Shown here: positions 53,627-64,000 of the stretch, in pieces
Layout of the letters: the number at the start of each line of letters is the position of its first letter
Numbering within the stretch: the first letter of the stretch is position 1
Assembly: GCF_006345805.1 (NCBI RefSeq)
Contig: NC_042999.1
Coordinates: 744,001 to 808,000 of the forward strand
DNA: 64,000 nt
Source of the DNA: Octopus sinensis
Lineage: Eukaryota
Reading direction: 5' to 3'
The notes under the pieces: model-generated
Told to the model about the DNA's origin: nothing
The model's database searches: none
What the model saw: the letters and a program-made list of their open reading frames with translations, nothing else
Program-made: the position numbers and the translations under genes

Positions 53627-54610
53627 TGATTCTGAATACATCATAATAAACTACCACCTTACGTACGAAGACGAACAGACAACTGCTCACTCCGGCCAAG
53701 CACATGGAATGTTTATAAATCATATATCCGGTAAATGGCGGGCTTTTTACGAACTGCATGTCGGGTAATAAAAGTATTTCGGAATAAGTTTAACATTAAG
53801 GATAATCTCTTAATAAGGGATCTTAACAAGAAATTATCGGGTAGCTAGCGTGAAAACCTCATAAAAGAAAAGAATCCGAAAATAATTTTTTCTTTTGAAC
53901 AAATTAATTATATCTATATTGTATAGAGGGCATTATTACACATAAATGCCTCACACTAGGAGGGACAAAGTCATTACTACCAAAATATATTATATGTAAA
54001 TATTTATATATATTTACATGTATATATGTATTTATGTTATATATATATATTATATATACATTTATATGTATATAATATATATATAAATATATATTCATAT
54101 ATATATCTATATATATATATATATATAATATTTATATGTATGTATGTATATATATATATTGTGTGTGTGTGTGTGTAAACAAAACTTCCAAACACTAAGA
54201 TTTGAAATAAGATGTCACTACTGTTAATATCATCTGTAGATAAATTTTAAAATTGATGCTATCAACATTAGTAACATAGGTGGCTTGCAGGCGAAAAACA
54301 TTATCTAGCTACGAATTACAAATTGACAGGAGGCGTAAGGATGCAGAAAAGCAGCAACCTGCTAGAAATAAGAGCTAAATTGTTAATTAAACCAACGTAA
54401 AGCACGAAGATAACAGAGAAATAACAGTAGGCGAGGAAACGGAAAGACTTGATACATTCAAAAGCACAACTATAAAAGATTATGCAGTTTAGGGCATTTG
54501 CATACCCGGGTTTCAGATACTGGAAATTTAATATTTGAGCCTCCTCAATGCAGACAACCTAGTAAGAGTTTCAGACCATCACCTATTTAAAATTGATGCA
54601 ATCAATTTTA

Positions 54611-55031
54611 GGCGCAGGAGTGGCTATGTGGTAATTAGCTTGTTTACCAACCACATGGTTCCGGGTTCAGTCCCACTGCGTGGCACCTTGGGCAAATGTC
54701 TTCTACTATAGCCTCGGGCCGACCAAAGCCTTGTGAGTGGATTTGGTAGACGGAAACTGAAAGAAGCCCGTCCTACATATATATATATATATATATATGC
54801 GTGTGTTTGTATGTGTGTCTGTGTTTGTCCCCCTAGCATTGCTTGACAACCGATGCTGGTGTGTTTATGTCCCCGTTACTTAGCGGTTCGGCAAAAGAGA
54901 CCGATAGAATAAGTACTGGGCTTACAAAAGAATAAGTCCCGAGGTCGAGTTGCTCGATTAAAGGCGGTGCTCCAGCATGGCCGCAGTCAAATGACTGAAA
55001 CAAGTAAAAGAGTAAAAGAGAGTAAAAGAGT
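54611..55031 (+). mobile_element. SINE family A, full-length
   Basis: GGCGCAGGAGTGGC...(AGTAAAAG)n. Confidence 0.9.
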
Positions 55032-55361
55032 AATCAGCAGTAGTAACATGGCTGGTTCGAAACCCAGGTATTATATTTTTTCTTCAAATATGTTATATAC
55101 AACTGAAGATCAGAAAATGTGCTTCTAATTTTGTTAATTTTTTAAAAAATTGATTTATTTTGTTTGCACATTAACTGTGAAACTAGTTTTGTAGTGACCT
55201 GGGTAACTAAAAAATAGATTCTATTTATTCTGCCCGCCTTACATCATTTTCGTACCAAGGAAAAAGTTCGTTTGTTTTTATTATATTTTTATTTTAAAAA
55301 CAACGGCCATTCAACACGTTGGAGTTTGCCTACATATATTCGCGTGTGTGTGTGTGTGTGT

Positions 55362-55518
55362 ATACGACGAGCTTCTTTCATTTCCGTTTACCAAATCCAC
55401 TCACTATGCTTTGGGCGCCTGAGCCGATAGTGAAAGACAGCTGCTCAAGGTGCCATGCAGTGGGACTGAATCCAAAACCATGTGATTGGTAAGCAAGCTA
55501 ATTCCTACACAACCACTT
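55362..55518 (-). mobile_element. SINE family A head, diverged
   Basis: ACCAAATCCACTCAC...GCAGTGGGACTGAA...AAGCAAGCTA. Confidence 0.75.
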
Positions 55519-55525
55519 CGATATA

Positions 55526-55576
<51 letters not shown>

Positions 55577-55614
55577 ACAAAACAACAGTGTTACTGCTGC
55601 AACAGATGATGAAG

Positions 55615-55700
<86 letters not shown>

Positions 55701-55703
55701 TTA

Positions 55704-55737
<34 letters not shown>

Positions 55738-56026
55738 CATCATCAGTATTATTATTACTACTATTATTGTGATAGTGATGCTGCTGTTGGTGAAGATGAT
55801 GGTGACGGTTAGGACGATGACAATAATGATGATGATGATGATGAAGGTAATGTTGCCATGATCGTGATCATGATATGATAATTCTGGGGATGATGTTTCC
55901 ATGGTGATGTTCCTGCAGTTATTGTTGGCTGCTGGTGGGCCATGTTGGCGATGATAATGAAAATAACATTATCATTATCTTGACATACATGTAAAGGAGA
56001 GAAAGAGACACAGAGAAATAGAGTGT

Positions 56027-56070
<44 letters not shown>

Positions 56071-56658
56071 AAGAGAGAGAAAGCCAGAGAATGTGAAAGA
56101 AACAGAGAGAACAAGCGAATGAGAGAAAACGAATAAATTCTACTCATAAACATCAAGGAATTCTTACTTCTGCTATTAACTCTTAAAGGAAATATATTCT
56201 TGCACAAAATATATAAAAAAAAAAAAGCAAAATATATAAAATAAGAAACGTGAGATAAAAGAAGCTATGAAAATTAAACTTATTGTCTTAGATAAATTTA
56301 TTTTTTTACCGATGTAAGATTTAATTTATGGAGCTTGTATAGCGAAAATTTATTCCATGAATATTACAAATCAAATATTTATTTCTGAGTTTAGTTTTGT
56401 TGTTGTTGTTGTTGTTTCTTGCAATATTTCCATATTTCTCCATTCTGTAATGTGGCAGCTATTTGTATGATGAAAATTCTAGATATTTCGGGGAATAGTG
56501 GTTGATTAAAATGTAGAAACATTAGAAACCTTTATACAACACAATAAGTTTGTGCAGTGTTGAAAAATCACAAAAACGTAAAAAAAAAAAAAATTGAACG
56601 CTTTAGATATTATATTCTATTTTCTTTGTGCATGCATTCGTGTGTGCGTGTGAGTGTG

Positions 56659-56724
<66 letters not shown>

Positions 56725-56745
56725 GAGGGGCATATATGAATGCAT

Positions 56746-56776
<31 letters not shown>

Positions 56777-56971
56777 CATATACATATACGCATGTCTATC
56801 ATATATGTATACTACCGTGTATTAATACATTTTCACATACAGACATGCACATATATGAATATACATATATGAATATAATATAATGTGTGTGTGTGTGTCT
56901 CTGTCTCTCTTTCTCTCTTTCTAGGTAAAATATGGATGCTTATATCTGTGTGTTTACATGTGTAGTTGAGC

Positions 56972-57010
<39 letters not shown>

Positions 57011-57029
57011 TATATATATATATATTATG

Positions 57030-57063
<34 letters not shown>

Positions 57064-57104
57064 TATTTGTATGTATATATATATATATATGTATAATATA
57101 TATA

Positions 57105-57135
<31 letters not shown>

Positions 57136-57159
57136 GTATATATATGTATATATATGTAT

Positions 57160-57203
<44 letters not shown>

Positions 57204-58011
57204 ACATACATATATTTACTTATATACGCATACACATAAAACTTCCACAAAACAATTTGAATTTCTGTAGCTGCATTCATCATTTTGCTTCAGAAAATCT
57301 CCAAATATAAATAAATACGAACAAAATAAATAAACATAAAAAAACAAAGAAGGAATGAAATTAGAAATTCTTGAGTTGAAGTCATTGATGTGAAATTATA
57401 TTGAATAAAATATAATTCATTAGTTTTCTACTGGCTACGTGTATCTGGGAAAATGTCTAGAATAATATCAAATGGTTTTATCCTTTTCATGTTTCAAGGG
57501 TTGTTCTATGATTACTGAAGTATGTAGGCATATATATATATTGGTCTACTTACCTTTAGACTTAAAGAAGTGTATATAATTTTTTTGGTGGTGGAGAGGA
57601 AGATGAAAATTCACCATTAAGCTAGTCAACCGAATGTAAGGCAGTATTTTTTATTCATTTTTTTGGTACTGCTTTTCGTGGGATATTTTTTTCTGTTTTG
57701 TATTTTGAACTAACTCCGTATATACTTATAGCTTTGAGTCTTTGATATACTTATACTTGTATGTATATGTATCTATGTATATATGTATGTGTGTATGTGT
57801 TATGTACGTATGTATGTGTGTAGTTGTGAGTGTGAATTAGAATCTATATGTGGAAGAAAACGGTGTACGCATTACATATGCTAATATACATTCATATACA
57901 TACATATACATATGCACAGGTATATATACGGAAACATATACACAAGCACACACACTCACACAAACACACACACTCGCACAAACACACACACACATTTACA
58001 CACACACACAT

Positions 58012-58057
<46 letters not shown>

Positions 58058-58174
58058 TCATACATTCATACATATACCGGCACAGAAATACATACATACA
58101 TGCACATTTACATGCAAGCATGCATACAAACACACACACACACACACAGACATATATATATATATATATGTATG

Positions 58175-58270
<96 letters not shown>

Positions 58271-58517
58271 ATCATATATATATATGTACATATAGCACAC
58301 ACATATATTTATGCATGCACACATATATATAATTATCTATCTACACACACACACACACATACAATGAGAGAGAGAGAGAAAGAAAGAGGAGAGATAGATG
58401 GATACTCCACGAAACCCTAGACTCTTGAGTCCCTCTGTCGATTCTACTTAATATTAATAAAAAGTATATATATTCATGATTTTAGTCCTATTTTTCCCGC
58501 TTGCATCACCAAACACC

Positions 58518-59990
58518 TGTGTGTATGTGTGTTTGCGTGTGTACGTATGTGTGTGTTTGTGTGTGTACGTATGTGTGTGTTTGTGTGTGTACGTATGTGT
58601 GTTTGTGTGTGTTTGTGTGTGTACGTATGTGTGTGTGTATGTGTGTTTGTGTGTGTACGTATGTGTGTGTGTATGTGTGTTTGTGTGTGTACGTATGTGT
58701 GTGTTTGTGTGTGTACGTATGTGTGTGTTTGTGTGTGTACGTATGTGTGTTTGTGTGTGTTTGTGTGTGTACGTATGTGTGTATTTGTGTGTGTACGTAT
58801 GTGTGTGTGTATGTGTTTGTGTGTGTACGTATGTGTGTGTGTATGTGTGTTTGTGTGTGTACGTATGTGTGTGTATGTGTGTTTGTGTGTGTACGTATGT
58901 GTGTATGTATGTGTGTGTTTGTGTGTGTACGTATATGTGTGTGTATGTGTGTTTGTGTGTGTACGTATGTGTGCGTGTATGTGTGTTTGTGTGTGTACGT
59001 ATGTGTGTATGTATGTGTGTGTTTGTGTGTGTACGTATATGTGTGTGTATGTGTGTTTGTGTGTGTACGTATGTGTGCGTATGTGTGTTTGTGTGTGTAC
59101 GTATGGTGTGCATGTGTGTTGTGTGTGTACGTATGTGTGTGCATGTGTGTTTGTGTGTGTACGTATGTGTGTGTATGTGTGTTTGTGTGTGTACGTATGT
59201 GTGTGTGTATGTGTGTTTGTGTGTGTACGTATGTGTGCGTGTATGTGTGTTTGTGTGTGTACGTATGTGTGTGCATGTGTGTTTGTGTGTGTACGTATAT
59301 GTGTGTGTATGTGTGTTTGTGTGTGTACGTATGTGTGCGTGTATGTGTGTTTGTGTGTGTACGTATGTGTGTGCATGTGTGTTTGTGTGTGTACGTATGT
59401 GTGTGTATGTGTGTTTGTGTGTGTACGTATGTGTGTGTGTATGTGTGTTTGTGTGTGTACGTATGTGTGCGTGTATGTGTGTTTGTGTGTGTACGTATGT
59501 GTGTGCATGTGTGTTTGTGTGTGTACGTATATGTGTGTGTATGTGTGTTTGTGTGTGTACGTATGTGTGCGTGTATGTGTGTTTGTGTGTGTACGTATGT
59601 GTGTATGTATGTGTGTTTGTGTGTGTACGTATGTGTGTGCATGTGTGTTTGTGTGTGTACGTATGTGTGTGTATGTGTGTTTGTGTGTGTACGTATGTGT
59701 GTGTGTATGTGTGTTTGTGTGTACGTATGTGTGTGTATAGTATGTTTGTGCGCGTACGTATGTGTGTTTGTGTGTGTGTTTGTGTGTGTACGGATGTGTG
59801 TGTCTATGTGTGTTTGTGTGTGTATGAGTGTATTTGTGTGTGTACGTATGTCTGTGTATGAGTGTATTTGTGTGTGTACGTATGTCTGTGTATGAGTGTA
59901 TTTGTGTGTGTACGTATGTGTGTGTGTATGTGTATTTGTGTGTGTACGTATGTTTGTGTGTATGTGTGTTTGTATCTGTACGTATGTGTG
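58518..59990. repeat. TG-derived minisatellite (~20-30-bp units, core TTTGTGTGTGTACGTATGTG)
   Basis: Direct read; explains the 400-500-aa ORFs on both strands. Confidence 0.95.
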
Positions 59991-60345
59991 TATGTGTGTG
60001 TACAAACATAGAGACGTATGTTTGTTTGCCTGAAGTCCTATACTTACAATTATTTCACCATTTTTCTGTCATCTGCCACAGAAAACTCCGAATAGAGATA
60101 ATACAGAGATGGTCCAACATCAAACCGTTGAATACTTATAACATAGAACCATTGCCATCGTTATAACCTTCCACATTGTCCTCCTTAAGTTTACCATTCT
60201 TGTCGTCATCATCACTTCCTTGCCATTATCGCCGCCATTTTCATCATCATCGCCATTCTTACCGTCCATGGTTTCCATGGCTTTCACAAGTCATTCATCC
60301 ACATTGATTTTTCTTTGAAACTTCCAGACTAAAGTACATAGTATG

Positions 60346-60918
60346 AAGACGTATGGCTTTGTGGTGATGGTATTCGGTTTACCATCGTGAGGTTGTGAGT
60401 TCGATTCCTGGCTGTGCGTGTGTGTCTGTGTTTGTCCCCCCAACGTCACTTGACAACCTATTTCTTTACTACCCACAAGGGGCTAAACATAGAGGGGACA
60501 AACAAAGGCAGACAAAGGGATTAAGTCGATTACATCGACCCCAGTGCGAAACTGGTACTTTATTTAATCGACCCCGAAAGGATGAAAGGCAAAGTAGACG
60601 TCGGGGGAATTTGAACTTGGAACGTCACTTGACAACCGATGCTGGTGTGTTTACGTCCCCGTAACTTAGCGGTTCGGCAAAGATACCGATAGAATAAGTA
60701 CTAGGCTTTATTTCACGTTGCTCCAGTCCAGCCAGTTGGCCAAAATGAGTTGTATTTCAAAGGGCCAGCCATTACACATTCTGTGTCATGTTGAATCACC
60801 CTAAGAAGTAGATTAAGTGTCTGTGGAGTACTCAGCCACTTGCACGTTAATTTGACGAGCAGGCTGTTTTGTTGATCGGATCAACTGGAACACTCGTCGT
60901 CATAACCGACGGAGTACC
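60346..60918. mobile_element. Three-level SINE nest (D/C host, family A tail, antisense family B)
   Basis: 17-bp TSD AACGTCACTTGACAACC at 60442-60458 and 60621-60637 around B; host body resumes near 60707. Confidence 0.8.
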
Positions 60919-61338
60919 ACTTGATTAAAGTTCATCATACCTTGTCAGCTCCTTCTCCGGGTCATCTGCAATCTATCCATCAGAGAAAAAAAAAGAAAAG
61001 AAAAAATTGTTCTCTCCTAAGAACTTCATGTCTCACTTCAAACCACTCATCAGTAGTACTTCTTCCAATAACATCCAACTGCATCTCATCTCATCTCATT
61101 TTATCTCAGATAATTATCTTCTTCAACATTTAAGAAATAGCTCTCTATTTCTCTCCCTCTTTCTCTCTCTCTTTCTCTCTCTCCCTCTCTCTCTCTCTCA
61201 CTCTCTCATACATATTATTTGTTCATATGTTTGATGTATCAGTAACTGTTTCTATTCAGAGCAACTCATCTACTTGCAAATACCCTTGAGTTTCCACCCG
61301 ATTTTCCGACTCTGTATCTGTTTCGTGACCATTTAGAC

Positions 61339-61643
61339 CTGTGGTTCTCAACAGGGGTTGTTATGGTCCTTGGGTGACCATATAAGACAATGCTTTAAAA
61401 CTTTTACACGATAAACAGGTTATATTTCTTCTATACACAAAATATCTGAACAAATCTTTTAGTACAATTTCTAATAATAGAATTGGCTGTGTGGTAAGTA
61501 GCTTGCTTAAAAACCACATGGTTACGGGTTCAGTCCCACTGCGTGGCACCTTGGGCGAGTGTCTTCTACTATAGCCTCGGGCCGACCAAAGCCTTGTGAG
61601 TGGATTTGGTAGACGGAAACTGAAAGAATGCCGTCGGATGTAT

Positions 61644-61675
<32 letters not shown>

Positions 61676-62005
61676 GTATGTGCGTGTATATGTTTGTGTG
61701 TCTGTGTTTATCTCCCCAGCATCGCTTGACAACCGATGTTGATGTGTTTACGTCCACTGTAACTTAGCGGTTGGGCAAAACAGACCGATAGAATAAGTAC
61801 TAGGCTTACAAAGAATAAGTCCTAGGGCCGATTTGCTCGATTAAAGGCGATGCTCCAGCATGGCCGCAGTCAAATGACTGAAACAAATAAAAGAGTAATT
61901 ATACAATAACATTTTTCTTACACATCGAATAACTATACGGTGGATCCACCTGTTTAGAATAGCTCAAAAAATTATAGGGAAAAAGAAAGTGTTTGAGATC
62001 TTTTG
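61339..62005. mobile_element. hAT/Charlie MITE interrupted by a SINE
   Basis: Perfect 8-bp TSD ATTTAGAC (61331-61338, 62006-62013); decayed TIRs CTGTGGTTCTCAAC / GTTTGAGATCTTTTG. Confidence 0.7.
61484..61896 (+). mobile_element. SINE family A
   Basis: Head, microsatellite and tail present. Confidence 0.9.
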
Positions 62006-62309
62006 ATTTAGACATATATCACTATTAATATCAACTCTTCGTTCTGTTTGAGGCATCCTCTCCACCACACTCTTTCTCTTTTTTTTCCACCTCTATCCCT
62101 CTTCCCCTCTCTCGTCCCTATCTCCTCCCCTCTGTCTCTCCCATGTATTGTTATTCAGCAAGCTTGTAGCAATTCCAGTAACTGTGTTGAGTTAAAGAGC
62201 ACGAGTATACACTCCCACTCAACGATGACTTCGTTCATAATTCTACATTGCTTTGCAATCTAGAATACTTCCTGATTATATCTGTCATGTTGTAGAATGC
62301 TGTCAAAGA

Positions 62310-62458
62310 CCAGTGCTCAACTGGTACTTATTTTATCGATCTCAAGAAGTTGAAAGGTAAAATCGAACTTAGCAAAATTTGAACTCAGAACGTGAAAACG
62401 GATAAAATGTTGCTAAGCAATTTGTCCGGCTTACTAACGATTCTATCAGCCCACTACC
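62310..62458 (-). mobile_element. SINE family B, diverged
   Basis: AACTGGTACTTATTTTATCG...TTTGAACTCAGAACG...CTAACGATTCT. Confidence 0.75.
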
Positions 62459-64000
62459 TTAGCTTTAGGCATAATCATAAGTCCCAAAACCCTTGATTAC
62501 GGTTGCTTTATATACATTAGTCTTTCAAATATGCAGCTTGATCTTTAGAGATAATTATTGTATGATGAAATTATATAAATAGAATAACTAAGTTTTCAAA
62601 TTAGGGTCCCTTTGTAATATATGCAACAGGTTCTGCGCTGCTTTCATCCAGCCTTACCATTTCTTACAGATAAAAGCAATTAAGAATACTGCCGCTTGTG
62701 TGCTGAGAAGTGTGAAATGCATATTAATCACGTTAATCTGGTTGATATCCGATAACTTCCACCTACAAGAGATTTACATATTGCTTTCACGGTTATACAT
62801 AAAATTCTTACAGTCTAATCTCTGTTTGTATCCTGAGTCTTCTAATGTTGAGATGAAATGCTTGGCACATCTCAAATGTCGGTGAGGGGGGGGGAACTTT
62901 GAGGGGAAAAATCCTTGAGAGAAAAATAACTTTGAGGTAAAAAATAATCAAAAGCGAAACAAAATATAAACTGTTTCTGCCTAAGAAACGTGTAATGGCT
63001 GTTGGACGAAGACCTTCAGAAATTTATTAGATATGATTTCTAGGAATGCGTTTCAAACAAATCTAAAGATCACATGTTTCCCAGGAATATGGCGGTGCTA
63101 ATGGTAAAACAATAATACTAAATGTATCCATTTGTCTGCAGATAATGAGATTTGGTAAGTTATTTATTAATCGTGGCACGTTCACCTTGAAGTATACTGC
63201 ATCAATCTCTTTTGCGATGCTATAAAAATCCTCTACAAATCCTAGATTTACATTCTGATAAGGATCAGATAATATGTATATAGAACATGCAATGAATTGC
63301 CTACTATCGAATTTATAATATCTCTGAGAGGATTATGGTGAAGAGAAGTAGGTAGATAAAAGGGATTTGGAACCAGATTATCACGCGGAATATTTGTCTC
63401 TTTTGATTGAAATCTCATACGAGGAATATATGTATGTATTGCATGTATGTGTGTGTGTGAGGGGGAGGTATGCATGCATGAATGTTTGTATGCATGATTG
63501 CATGCAAATGTGCATGTGTGTATGTATGTGCGGATGTATGTATGAATGTATGAATATATGTATGAAAAGCTTACATATATGTATGAATCTATCTATTTAT
63601 CTATCTATCTGTATATGTACGCATACACACGCACAGACACTGACACACGCAGAAGAAGACAACACATACTCATATATACATGCATACACACACACACATA
63701 TATATATATGTGTGTGTGTATGCATGTATATATATATTTATATCAAATGTAAAAAGCACAACAAACGGAAACCGACAAAATATAACAAGCCGAAAAAGGA
63801 CGATAGCACAACAATGGCAACCAGGACAAAGCAAGCTACACAGATCATTCGCAGCCAACTGCCACTTCAGTCGGACACTGGAATGTCCACGTAGTTCCGC
63901 CCAATCCTCTCCGATACTACTCGAAACCGGTTGGGCCAAGGACTTAAGCTAAAAGCATCAAACCCCTGGGCAAATCAAACGAATCTACATATACAAACAC

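Larger units (their letters stand above)
52485..53985 (-). mobile_element. Tandem array of ~478-bp HHR-containing units (retrozyme-like or Penelope-derived), 3.1 copies
   Basis: Unit starts at 52485, 52957, 53435 and 53913; units near-identical; flanked by TA-rich microsatellites. Confidence 0.85.

Noticed and set aside
52990-53768. 99- and 98-aa ORFs in the 478-bp units
   Set aside because: Antisense to the ribozyme, broken in unit 1, differ by indels between units, and show no recognisable domain.
58454-60009. 400-511-aa ORFs on both strands
   Set aside because: Stop-free TG minisatellite; translations are VC/HT repeats.
63855-63930. SVGHWNV resembling a LINE endonuclease N-terminus, and GAAACCGGTT resembling an HHR helix III
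   Set aside because: Too short, with no CUGANGA; not distinguishable from chance.

Overview
AT-rich eukaryotic genomic DNA saturated with microsatellites and transposable elements. The SINE repertoire points to an octopus/coleoid genome, but this is inferred from recalled family patterns, not from a search. No intact host gene can be supported, and almost all supplied ORFs are simple-repeat artefacts. Content: four recurring tRNA-related SINE families (labelled A-D here), often nested with clear TSDs; a full-length but decayed mariner nested in a hAT/Charlie MITE; RTE, CR1 and R4/Dong LINE remnants; a tRNA-Thr(UGU) retrocopy; one 100-N gap. The most notable signal is a set of type I hammerhead ribozyme (HHR) motifs. 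A 3.1-unit tandem array of ~478-bp repeats (52485-53985) carries an intact HHR core in every unit, the layout of a retrozyme or Penelope-like element. A diverged relative forms a ~620-bp foldback (22271-22887) whose HHR helix I co-varies with that of the array. Several further HHR-like motifs lie in short unrelated elements beside TA/CA microsatellites. Coordinates were read by eye, and ends of decayed elements are approximate.
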